DNA of 35,108 bases from positions 1 through 35,108 of IMG/VR virus record IMGVR_UViG_3300029474_000225; one strand, 5' to 3'. The stretch is from a virus. Taxonomy: Duplodnaviria > Heunggongvirae > Uroviricota > Caudoviricetes. This document shows positions 19,159 to 27,899 of the stretch, in pieces (positions within the stretch are counted from its first letter, which is position 1; each line of letters opens with the position of its first letter). The notes below the pieces were generated by a model. That model worked only from the letters and a program-made list of their open reading frames with translations. It was not told the DNA's origin and did not search any database. The translations under genes and the position numbers were made by a program.

Positions 19159-19635
19159 TTACAGAATAACTTCTGTTTTACCTTCAAACTTAGTGTTCAA
19201 GGCACGAATCTCAGCAAGCTTCTTACCGATTTCTTCCTGAATCTTAGTAGCGAAAAGTTCAACTTTTGCCTTACCAAGTTTCTCAACACTATCAAAAGGT
19301 GCTTTGACTTCTGATTCTGGAATCTTTGTAACATCTATAGAGAATGTAATGTGAAGGTTTTCATCTACAACAAATGACTGGTTGATAATATCTTTTAATT
19401 CAACAGAGATAATAGTTGAATCATCAACTTCACTATCAGTTGTAACTGGATCTCCATTAGAGTCAGTTTTCATATTAGATTTAAAGGATATTTTAGAATA
19501 TTCGATTGTTCTGACAAAATTATGTAACATATCTTTTTCAGTGGCAGCATCAGTATCAGATGTACCTAATTCTGCAACAGAAATATCTACACCAATAATA
19601 TTTTCATCAATAGTTTTGCTAATATTTAATTTCAT
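19159..19635 (-). CDS. Hypothetical protein, 158 aa
   Basis: ORF overlapping the upstream stop (ATGA), followed by a hairpin at 19133-19152. Confidence 0.75.
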   Translation of the reverse strand: MKLNISKTIDENIIGVDISVAELGTSDTDAATEKDMLHNFVRTIEYSKISFKSNMKTDSNGDPVTTDSEVDDSTIISVELKDIINQSFVVDENLHITFSIDVTKIPESEVKAPFDSVEKLGKAKVELFATKIQEEIGKKLAEIRALNTKFEGKTEVIL

Positions 19636-19928
19636 GAATTTGTGCCCTCACTTTCGTTGTAAATAACTTGTCTGTAAGCATCTTTAATTGAAATAAAGAA
19701 ATCTCGTAATACATCTTTATCAATCGAACAATCAAGATTTGATGTTTCAAATTTTGGATTATATACTGTAAAATCTAATGTTCCATTATCCCTAGGTACA
19801 AATAAAATTTCTACATTGTTATTTAACTGTAATGTAATTGAATCTATTTTCTCACCATTACTAGAAGTAACTTTTCGTACTTGTCCGACCTTTAACGGGG
19901 TTTGTTCAATTACAAGTCTATTTGCCAT
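19632..19928 (-). CDS. Hypothetical protein, 98 aa (start re-called at MANRLV)
   Basis: SD AAAGGAG 7 nt upstream of ATG 19928; the longer ORF-track start runs through a tRNA. Confidence 0.75.
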   Translation of the reverse strand: MANRLVIEQTPLKVGQVRKVTSSNGEKIDSITLQLNNNVEILFVPRDNGTLDFTVYNPKFETSNLDCSIDKDVLRDFFISIKDAYRQVIYNESEGTNS

Positions 19929-19975
19929 ATACATACTCCTTTCTTTTATTTTTCGTTTTCCTTTTAATCGTTTAG

Positions 19976-20049
19976 TTGCGGAAACAGAACTCGAACCTGC
20001 ATATTCTTGGTTATGAGCCAAGTGAGCTTCCATTACTCGTCATTCCGCT
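19976..20049 (-). tRNA. tRNA-Met (CAU), initiator-like but atypical
   Basis: CTTGG-CTCATAA-CCAAG anticodon arm, unpaired A1.A72, GCGGAA/TTCCGC acceptor, GGTTCGAG T loop. Confidence 0.75.
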
Positions 20050-20052
20050 ATG

Positions 20053-20154
20053 ATAATAGGAGAGGAGCGACCTCTCCATATTATATGTAGATTGGTAAGA
20101 TCTACTGCCGATTGATTACCAGTCAACCGACAAAGAGAACATTGAAAATTCTCT
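20053..20154 (-). ncRNA. Four-hairpin RNA with complementary loops
   Basis: Four consecutive stems directly downstream of the promoter-like motif at 20166-20177. Confidence 0.5.
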
Positions 20155-20165
20155 GATATGTTACT

Positions 20166-20177
20166 TATATATTCTCC
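20166..20177 (-). promoter_or_regulatory. Conserved promoter-like motif GGAGAATATATA
   Basis: Copy of the repeated motif. Confidence 0.6.
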
Positions 20178-20184
20178 ATATATT

Positions 20185-20580
20185 TTCAGTCTTCGGAGTA
20201 AAGACCAATTGATAAGGTTTCATATCTCTTACCAGTTAATTAAGGTTCTCATTAACGCAGAGAAGCACGAACATTTTCTCATTTCTGAAGGCTGAGAGAA
20301 ACCGATGATCCGAGATGTTGGTAGGAGAGATATAGGTCTTACAATACTACATGAATAGCAAATGCCAAGATATGTTAATCGTCTACTAAGCCAAGACCTC
20401 TCCATAACACCGCCAATGAGCAGTAAGCAGTGGGAAGTTTTAGACCATTCCAAGGTCAAATATTTCTGCAAACCGACCTTTATATTTGTGTCGCATATCG
20501 GTCAGCGACAGCTCATTTGTAAAAGCCTATCAGTGAACTGACAGACCGTCCTCACTTCCTTTGGATGTGAGTAGCTTGTT
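20185..20580 (-). ncRNA. Large (~400 nt) unassigned structured RNA
   Basis: No credible ORF, more GC-rich than flanks, many stems with G.U pairs, begins just after the motif at 20586-20597. Confidence 0.5.
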
Positions 20581-20585
20581 ATATC

Positions 20586-20597
20586 TATTTATTCTCT
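20586..20597 (-). promoter_or_regulatory. Conserved promoter-like motif AGAGAATAAATA
   Basis: Copy of the repeated motif. Confidence 0.6.
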
Positions 20598-20692
20598 ACA
20601 TTGTCGTCACCTCTCGGCTCAAATATCACGTTACTATGCTTTCTTGTTTAAATTAAATTGTTGATGTTAGACGAAGGCTTCATCGGGATTGC

Positions 20693-21727
20693 CTACAAAT
20701 CAGAAAGTGATTTTTGTTCTACTTGTTTTATTTCTCCATCAGCAAAATATTTTGCAAATTGCTCATCTGCATCAATATCCTTGTACACTGATACCATATC
20801 TAGCGAACTCCATCCGACTAGCATTTGAATTACATCATCAGGAAGACCGCTTCGAGAACAAGAAGTTGTAAAGAAGTGACGAAGACTGTGAAAATAAAAG
20901 TCTTCTCCTAAATGCTTACTGAATGTATCAGCCCAGCTATCAAGAGTGCTTGAATCCATAGGTTCATCTATATATTCTCCATTTACTTTCTTTGGAAATA
21001 ACCATTCTGATTCAATTCCGTGTTCTTTTCTATAATTCATCCACAAATCAAAATATGGCTTAAACGGTTTTGCAAGTGTATATACCACTAACATTTTTCC
21101 GCGAGATCCTCTTCCTTTTGTTTGGATCTTTTCAGGTGTTTTATATAAAGAACCGTATATGATATTTTCATCATCGAAATAAGATACTTTAAATCGTGGT
21201 AACTCACTCTTACGTCTGCCACTAAATGCAGCTAATGCTAAAATACAAGCCTTGTCATATTTACCTTTTTCAACCCAATAATCAAGCATACCCTGTACTT
21301 GTTCATCGGATAATACAGTTTTAGTAAATACTTTCTCATTTGCAGGATTTTCAATCTTACGTATAATCGGTTTAAAGTCCTCATACTCATCATCTAATAT
21401 AGCTTCGACATAATTTGAAAGAGAAGAGAGAGTAGATTTTACTCTATGCATTCTAGCTGGCGACCATTTATATTCAGTAAGACAAAAACTCTGATAACGA
21501 GCAATATCCCTCTTAGATAAATCAATAAAGAATTTGTTGTCGCAATGCTGAAGTAGATAAACCCAAAAAATAAAAAGGTCACGTCTATATGCATTGATTG
21601 TATTTGGGGTTCTATCAACTGAACGAAGATAATCCAAAAAGTCATTTCCTAATTTTATATTCTCTTTATTACACTGAGTCAATAACTCATCAGTAACAAT
21701 ATTATTGTGTTGTATTTTTCTACCCAT
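20693..21727 (-). CDS. Tyrosine recombinase (XerC/D/integrase family)
   Basis: SAM-like N-domain (TINAYRRDL), GRRKSE Arg, HSLRH, LVGW and SVY Tyr. Confidence 0.92.
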   Translation of the reverse strand: MGRKIQHNNIVTDELLTQCNKENIKLGNDFLDYLRSVDRTPNTINAYRRDLFIFWVYLLQHCDNKFFIDLSKRDIARYQSFCLTEYKWSPARMHRVKSTLSSLSNYVEAILDDEYEDFKPIIRKIENPANEKVFTKTVLSDEQVQGMLDYWVEKGKYDKACILALAAFSGRRKSELPRFKVSYFDDENIIYGSLYKTPEKIQTKGRGSRGKMLVVYTLAKPFKPYFDLWMNYRKEHGIESEWLFPKKVNGEYIDEPMDSSTLDSWADTFSKHLGEDFYFHSLRHFFTTSCSRSGLPDDVIQMLVGWSSLDMVSVYKDIDADEQFAKYFADGEIKQVEQKSLSDL

Positions 21728-21776
21728 TAAATCTCACTTCCTTCCAAATAAAAAAGAAGTGAGATAGTAGTAAATA

Positions 21777-23075
21777 CTAAGCCACTTCTTTCAAATATTT
21801 ATTCAATATATTTCTATATGTTTCTTCATTCATTTCATCTGGTAATAAAATATAATAATCAAGTCCATTGCGTTCAAAAATATCACGTTTTTGGTATAAT
21901 TTCTGTCGATACAATTCTTTTGACTTTGATTTTATTGGAGTATTATTTCGATAAGCTTCTTGATGACCTTTGTTCCCAAGTATGCCAGCAAGTTCTATAT
22001 AGACTTTTTTATTATTGAAAATAATAAGATAATCGCAATTCATATTGCCATTATAAGAATTATCTATAGATTTGTATGGAATATTTCTGAAATAACTTTC
22101 ATTAAATAAAATATTATTACTTCTCAAAAATCTGCTAAATTCATATTCATATAAAGATGTCGTAACTTCTCCATCATCGAATTTATAATTCATTCCATTT
22201 CCTGCTTTTTGTAATTCATATCCTAATGAATTTATATATTCTCGGAAAGAACAATTCTTTAATTTCTTACAAACTTCTGCATATTTACGATTGTCTGCAT
22301 AAGTACCATATTTTCTAAAGTCATTATATGTAATAACACTTCTATTTTCTTGAGTTTTTATCAGATTACACACATCATTAATTTCTTTGATAGTATCTTC
22401 ATCTGATAAAATACTTCCATGTTTGCCAGTTATTTTCATTCCAAGTTCTTTTTGCATTAGCCATAATTCGCCCCAAAATTTTCGTACAGTTCTAATACCA
22501 ACACCATCTTTTTGTTTTGGATAAAAATCATATACATCCAATGGTGAACATTTGCGTTCTTGCATTTTCATTACAATATTTATTACATCTTGTTTTGAAA
22601 GTTCTCTTTCAGACTTTCTTTTAGCTTTAATCTCTTCATATCCCTCTTGGTATTGAAAAGTGTAATGCTGTACTTGATTCCATGTTATATTATGTATATT
22701 TCCTTTTGAATCAATGTAATCCATCTTTTCTCGTGATGCACCATTAACAGGAAGATTAGTTCCATCAATATGCAAATCTATATTATTTAATTTACAATAT
22801 AAATTTATATTATCATATGTATATGGATTACCTAAAAAGAATCTGTTTAAACATGTATATCTTCCCTTGCCATTCTTTATTTGATGGTACTCTGTTCTGT
22901 GTTTATATCCATAATTGTCAATAATATCTAAGTAATATTTTCTCGATTTTAATTTTTCATTGTATACAACTTCAATACTCTCATTCAATAAATTGTACAC
23001 AACATCTTCCGAAAATTTTACTGGAAAACTATTTCTTATAGCTTCCAATTGTTTGTTTACATTTTTTGTTCCCAT
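21777..23075 (-). CDS. Free-standing homing-endonuclease-like protein with C-terminal PD-(D/E)XK domain
   Basis: TSLYEYEFSRFL...NCDYLII...YIELAG...YRQKLYQKR C-terminal domain; cassette organised like 16310-17668. Confidence 0.65.
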   Translation of the reverse strand: MGTKNVNKQLEAIRNSFPVKFSEDVVYNLLNESIEVVYNEKLKSRKYYLDIIDNYGYKHRTEYHQIKNGKGRYTCLNRFFLGNPYTYDNINLYCKLNNIDLHIDGTNLPVNGASREKMDYIDSKGNIHNITWNQVQHYTFQYQEGYEEIKAKRKSERELSKQDVINIVMKMQERKCSPLDVYDFYPKQKDGVGIRTVRKFWGELWLMQKELGMKITGKHGSILSDEDTIKEINDVCNLIKTQENRSVITYNDFRKYGTYADNRKYAEVCKKLKNCSFREYINSLGYELQKAGNGMNYKFDDGEVTTSLYEYEFSRFLRSNNILFNESYFRNIPYKSIDNSYNGNMNCDYLIIFNNKKVYIELAGILGNKGHQEAYRNNTPIKSKSKELYRQKLYQKRDIFERNGLDYYILLPDEMNEETYRNILNKYLKEVA

Positions 23076-23219
23076 AATTTTTCCTACTTTCTCACCTACT
23101 CTAATACATAAAAATAGAATGGGAGAGAGGTAGGTGACTCTACTCTGTCAGCTCATGACTTCTGACAGTCCCATTCCATAAATCCCACAATCAGCTATGA
23201 CACCAATCATGAGCACATA

Positions 23220-23231
23220 TATTTATTCTCT
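23220..23231 (-). promoter_or_regulatory. Conserved promoter-like motif AGAGAATAAATA
   Basis: Copy of the repeated motif at the head of the nuclease leader. Confidence 0.65.
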
Positions 23232-23295
23232 GTTTCCATATAAAGTTCGTTGCCGATTTAACATCTCCCAATCCGTATATAAAAACATTGAAAAG

Positions 23296-23378
23296 TCCTC
23301 CCACTTGGTAATGCTCCAAGCCGATCCGAAGACGACAGATTTACAGTCTGCCCCACATCTTTAGTGGTCTATGAGAGG
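23296..23378 (-). tRNA. tRNA-Tyr (GUA), atypical
   Basis: GCAGA-CTGTAAA-TCTGT anticodon arm, long variable arm, acceptor CCTCTCA/TGGGAGG, A73; non-canonical D and T loops. Confidence 0.75.
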
Positions 23379-23385
23379 ATACAAA

Positions 23386-23413
23386 AAGAGTGTGTAGCAT
23401 ACACCACACACTC
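23386..23413 (-). terminator. Terminator
   Basis: AGAGTGTGT/ACACACTCT inverted repeat plus T-run. Confidence 0.65.
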
Positions 23414-23420
23414 TAAATAT

Positions 23421-24095
23421 TTAAAAAATAAAATCAAGCAAATCAAATAATCTTCCAACCGAATTATATTCGTCAAAATCACTTAAATCAATCGGCTTAC
23501 TAGAATAAAATTCACGCTTTTCATATCCATTAACATCACTTTTAACAGAAGTAAATCCGTGAATTTTTCCGTTTTCATCTTTATCGAATGTAATATTTTT
23601 ATGAGAATAATCACTTACGTCACTGCAACTGCAATTCTTACAATTACCATCACAATCATCGTCTACATCTTCAGCGTCCTCACCAATGTTGAATTCATGA
23701 ATAATGCATCCAGAATCTTTATTGTCCATAACAAAAGCTGAACTCACATCTCCATGAATAAATACAATGTCTGTCTCATCCATATTGATATAAGTATCAC
23801 TTCCCTCATACTTGGCAGCTTGAACCCATACATTCATTTCAGAATCAATATTAAGAATAAATGCGTCATCATAACCGTCCCAATAAGGATCATTCAAATC
23901 GTTACAAGAAGCAAGTTTAAAATTCGTATTTTTAATAACAGAATTAAGAACATCTTTCATCACATCATACTTAGCCACAACTACAATTTCTGAACAATCA
24001 TCGTCATAATCTCTTGTACAAACATCCAGCTTGTCAAAAGTATCTGCTAAAAATTCAGCAAAATCATTTGTATCTGTAAAACCAAATGTTTTCAA
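23421..24095 (-). CDS. Acidic hypothetical protein with a Cys cluster (CDGNCKNCSC); start probably TTG 24095
   Basis: ORF track 23421-24110; GGTGGTGA SD favours the TTG. Confidence 0.7.
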   Translation of the reverse strand: MKTFGFTDTNDFAEFLADTFDKLDVCTRDYDDDCSEIVVVAKYDVMKDVLNSVIKNTNFKLASCNDLNDPYWDGYDDAFILNIDSEMNVWVQAAKYEGSDTYINMDETDIVFIHGDVSSAFVMDNKDSGCIIHEFNIGEDAEDVDDDCDGNCKNCSCSDVSDYSHKNITFDKDENGKIHGFTSVKSDVNGYEKREFYSSKPIDLSDFDEYNSVGRLFDLLDFIF

Positions 24096-24115
24096 TATTT
24101 TCACCACCAATCAAA

Positions 24116-24409
24116 TTAAGCGTTCTTTACAGCTTCTTTAAAAGCCTTACCAGCCTTAAATTTTGGTGCTTTAGAAGCTGGGATAGAAATTGATTCGCCA
24201 GTAGCAGGATTTCTTCCCTCTCGTGCAGATCTTGTTGTAGTTTCAAATGTGCCAAATCCTACAATCTGAACCCTCTCACCTGCAATAACAGTATCCTGAA
24301 TTGCCTTAATTGTCGCATCTACAAACACTGCCGTATCCTTTGCAGTTACTCCTTCTAATGTCTCTGATACTGTATCCTTAACTACCTTAATTAATTCTGT
24401 CTTTGTCAT
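24116..24409 (-). CDS. hup: HU histone-like DNA-binding protein
   Basis: MTKTELI...VQIVGFGTF...AREGRNPATGESISIPASKAPKFKAGKAFKEAV. Confidence 0.97.
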   Translation of the reverse strand: MTKTELIKVVKDTVSETLEGVTAKDTAVFVDATIKAIQDTVIAGERVQIVGFGTFETTTRSAREGRNPATGESISIPASKAPKFKAGKAFKEAVKNA

Positions 24410-24509
24410 TTTAAATTTTCTCCTTTAAATTCATAATATTTTTTATTTTTTTTGTAATATAAAAGAGGGTAGCGTCTCGTTCGAGTACACTCCCTCTGAA
24501 ATTAGTATT

Positions 24510-25700
24510 TTATTTAAGCTCAATAGGGTAGTAAGCTTTTACTCCCTTATCAGTACAGATACAAACCATCTGTGACGGTTTGCCTGTTAATCTCTTTTCA
24601 ATTGTATATGAGTCTCCGCAGCCAGCAAGAGATCCACCACGAATCATTTTTACACCGTTCGTTTCATCTACAGAACAAACATGTAAATGTCCATAAGTAA
24701 TTGCATATGGAACAAAACCAAGTGCTAAACATAAATTTTGAACACCAGATTTGTTAAATCCGTCATAATCGCCATGTACGGCAATATATGATTTTCCTCT
24801 GATTAAAATATCAGAAATGCCGGTATCAATATTTATGTGTAAAACATGAAAATTATCAATATGTTTTAGAGATAATTCAACCGCCCAACTGATAATATCA
24901 TCCAAACGTTCATCATGAATTGCATCATCTTTACGATCCATGCGAGTATGATTTCCGCTAACATTTGACATAAATACCGTTTCGAAATGTAACGACAATT
25001 CATAGCAGAATGAAGATATTAACTCTGTAGCAATTTTAATCTGTTCAATTACATTTTCTCTATTTGATACCTGGATTGATTTGTGAATATTTCCTGAAAT
25101 TAAATCGCCTTGAAGACTAACATAACAATTTTTAGAATTATGTAATTCACGAATAGAAATGACTTCATTCAATAATTGATTAAGTCTATCTTTTGCAATA
25201 TCTGTATTATATTTACCAAAAATAGAATCAAAAGTCTGTCCAATATGTAAATCACTCAAAATAATTAACATATCATTATCTGAATTGATTGAAACATTAT
25301 TGTGTTCGTCAAAATTAGTTCTTCCAAGAGAGGTTAGTTCTGACTCTAATTTATCAAGTTTTTCTTCAACCCTGGCATCCGTAAAATTTTGTTTCTGCCA
25401 AGCGTTTCGCTCATCTCTAAATTGAATTTTCTTACGTTCTAATTCACGTTTCTGAACTTCAATTTCCTTTAACTGAGCATCTGAATCAGCAAATTTAGAT
25501 TGATTTGCAGCCAACATCTTATCGAAAGCTTGTCTCTGTTTTCTAAACTTTGATTCGGTATACTCAGTGCCAAGTAACTCATTTAGAATATCGGCTACAT
25601 CCTGCCAAGAACCAATCTGGTCTTTTTCACCTGTAATTCTATAAATGAGTTCTTCATCTGACTCTCCATTAAATCTTTTATAGACTGTTATAATGTCCAC
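24510..25700 (-). CDS. Calcineurin-like metallophosphoesterase with N-terminal HTH/coiled coil (SPbeta YonJ-like)
   Basis: SDLHIG, GDLISG, GNHTR, VHGD and GHLH motifs. Confidence 0.85.
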   Translation of the reverse strand: MDIITVYKRFNGESDEELIYRITGEKDQIGSWQDVADILNELLGTEYTESKFRKQRQAFDKMLAANQSKFADSDAQLKEIEVQKRELERKKIQFRDERNAWQKQNFTDARVEEKLDKLESELTSLGRTNFDEHNNVSINSDNDMLIILSDLHIGQTFDSIFGKYNTDIAKDRLNQLLNEVISIRELHNSKNCYVSLQGDLISGNIHKSIQVSNRENVIEQIKIATELISSFCYELSLHFETVFMSNVSGNHTRMDRKDDAIHDERLDDIISWAVELSLKHIDNFHVLHINIDTGISDILIRGKSYIAVHGDYDGFNKSGVQNLCLALGFVPYAITYGHLHVCSVDETNGVKMIRGGSLAGCGDSYTIEKRLTGKPSQMVCICTDKGVKAYYPIELK

Positions 25701-25707
25701 CTACTCT

Positions 25708-25917
25708 CTACTCAGTAGATTCCGATTCTTCATCTGGAAGCTCAATACTAATTTTAATATCAAAAATAGTAGTACCTTCTGGTAACATTTCAGCAATACG
25801 ATCTACAATAGAACCTTCATCATCAACGAAAACTCCGTTTTCAATTCTTACACCACTTGCTGTAATATTCTTTTTAGCAGCACTAACAGTTGCTTTCTTA
25901 ATTTTACTATCTACCAT
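25708..25917 (-). CDS. Small acidic protein (YonK-like by size and position)
   Basis: 69 aa, SD AAAGGAG, upstream of the phosphoesterase. Confidence 0.55.
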   Translation of the reverse strand: MVDSKIKKATVSAAKKNITASGVRIENGVFVDDEGSIVDRIAEMLPEGTTIFDIKISIELPDEESESTE

Positions 25918-25963
25918 GTTTTCTCCTTTTTCTCAAATAAAATAGGAAAGCAGTGCGCTCTCC

Positions 25964-26602
25964 TTAAAATAATTCCTCAATATTTGTAATAATGTGGTCA
26001 GCTACACCCTTTTCAATAATCTCGTTAGCATCTAACCACCAATTTTTACGATAATTTTTATCATATTCACTCTCAGTAATCTTTGTATGACTTAAAATGA
26101 ATCGTTTTGTATCTTCCTCGATTTTCTTAGTTCTCTCTAAGTCATCAAGCACTTTACCAGTATCTCCATAACTGCCAGTAGAACCATCATGAATAAGTGC
26201 TTCAGTTGATGACAAAATATATCTGTTACCCTTTGGAATACCCATGAGCAAAAGCCCACCAGCAGAGTAACATTTACCCATCCCAATAGCATGAACTGGT
26301 GTTTTTGACAGATTACAGATATTAATAAGCTCGTTTATTGCATTAAGAGAACCACCATTTGAATTAATCCAAATCTTAATTGGCTTTCTTTCGGCAATTG
26401 CTATATCCTTATCTTCTCTATTCCATTCAACTATTTCCTGAGTCCACTCTACAATCCAATCATCAATATCTTGGTTAATCAGAATTTCCCGATTATTTAA
26501 TCGCTTATAATAATCAACAAGAGTAGGATCTGCAAGTTTGTAATTTGCTTCACTTCCTAAATTATCAAATTCTAACTGTAAATAATCTTTATTCATAGGC
26601 AC
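25964..26602 (-). CDS. clpP: ClpP-like peptidase
   Basis: PIKIWINSNGG, CYSAG Ser, LIHDG His, WWLDANE...GVADHII. Confidence 0.85.
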   Translation of the reverse strand: MPMNKDYLQLEFDNLGSEANYKLADPTLVDYYKRLNNREILINQDIDDWIVEWTQEIVEWNREDKDIAIAERKPIKIWINSNGGSLNAINELINICNLSKTPVHAIGMGKCYSAGGLLLMGIPKGNRYILSSTEALIHDGSTGSYGDTGKVLDDLERTKKIEEDTKRFILSHTKITESEYDKNYRKNWWLDANEIIEKGVADHIITNIEELF

Positions 26603-26625
26603 TTAGCCTCCAATTTCATAATATT

Positions 26626-27864
26626 TTACATAGCATCAGCTACAGCAGCAATCTTACTTCTGTAGATGTTCTGTAATTCAATTTCTCCATAAAAATCATG
26701 TCCTCTGAATATCTCAGACATTCTTCGCATACCATTATTATTGCCTGCATATTGATTTAGATCGACTTGAACATTGTAATCGCCATCTACAATGCAGATC
26801 GAATCTTCGCCAATTCTCTGTAATGCAAGTTTCATAAGTGATATATCTAAATTCTGTGCCTCTGTAATATAGACCGCACAATTCAAACCACTCGTATCAA
26901 ATCCTCGAATATCACACATTGGTAAAATAGAAAGTTTATTTCTTGATACAAGCTGTTCAATCATAAACTTATCTCCAAGTTTTCCTGCAAGCATGTTACC
27001 AATACTTGAATCAACAAGCTTATCTAACTGTGTTCCTGGCAAGAAACCAATCTTAGCCGAATTCATAGTAGGAATTGGGTTAGCAAAAATCACAATTTTA
27101 TCAATCTTATGCTTTTCAAGCAACCACATCATATACCCAACTGCAAGATACGATTTTCCTGTACCAGCAGAACCTTTAATCATAGTAATCTGATTATTAG
27201 AGAAACTATTCAAAGCCATCTGCTGATAAATATCTCCATTAAGAGGCTTAACTACACCAAAGTAATCTGATTTGATATTTGGGAATTTAATATTTTGATA
27301 CATTCCTTCTCGCCAAACGAGAGTGTCAACGACATGATTATTAGAATCTTTTAAGATAAGATATTCATTTTCAAGTAATCCATAGATATTTTCCTGTAAA
27401 TGTTCATAAAAACGAGCCATTTCTAACTCTGAAAGCGTTTTTTCTATAAATCCACTATAATCATCCACTGGCTCATCATTTACACCTTTTACAGTAAGAT
27501 TAAATATTTTTCTTGCAATCATTTTACAAGCAATATCATCCGTAATAAAAACAACATCCTGCATTCCGCTTATAAATGCACAGCTACCAACTATTTTAGT
27601 ATCAGGTGTTATTTCCATATTTTTCTCAAGTATGTAGTTTTCAATTGCGTTGTCATATACAACAACTTCATATTTATCCGAATTTTCATCAAGTAGATGT
27701 AAAGTTTTTCGTGCCTCATACTTTACTTGATCATCTTTGTTTCGAGATACTTTAATGTGCTCTAATTCTTGTAATGTTACAGAACTTATAATAAAATTTT
27801 CCTCAAATATTTTGTCCTGTAATTTTAAAACAGCATTAGTATCATAAAATTTTATTGTACCGAT
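26626..27864 (-). CDS. phoH: PIN-PhoH protein (PIN RNase domain plus PhoH ATPase); probable non-AUG start ATC at 27864
   Basis: Frame stays open 82 codons above ATG 27618 and encodes FYDTN...TLQELE PIN motifs; GSAGTGKS, GFLPG, IRG, EAQN and RS motifs. Confidence 0.85.
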   Translation of the reverse strand: MGTIKFYDTNAVLKLQDKIFEENFIISSVTLQELEHIKVSRNKDDQVKYEARKTLHLLDENSDKYEVVVYDNAIENYILEKNMEITPDTKIVGSCAFISGMQDVVFITDDIACKMIARKIFNLTVKGVNDEPVDDYSGFIEKTLSELEMARFYEHLQENIYGLLENEYLILKDSNNHVVDTLVWREGMYQNIKFPNIKSDYFGVVKPLNGDIYQQMALNSFSNNQITMIKGSAGTGKSYLAVGYMMWLLEKHKIDKIVIFANPIPTMNSAKIGFLPGTQLDKLVDSSIGNMLAGKLGDKFMIEQLVSRNKLSILPMCDIRGFDTSGLNCAVYITEAQNLDISLMKLALQRIGEDSICIVDGDYNVQVDLNQYAGNNNGMRRMSEIFRGHDFYGEIELQNIYRSKIAAVADAM

Positions 27865-27899
27865 GGTTTCCGACCACCTTTCATTTTAGATTTCGTTTA

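Noticed and set aside
19929..20033. N-terminal extension of the 133-aa ORF
   Set aside because: Runs through the tRNA-Met gene; the SD supports ATG 19928
20229..20471. 80-aa ORF inside the orphan RNA
   Set aside because: TTG start, no convincing SD, atypical composition; base-pairing explains the region better
20693..21727. Recombinase as a prophage boundary with an att site
   Set aside because: Phage genes continue on both sides and no duplicated tRNA end or att core was seen
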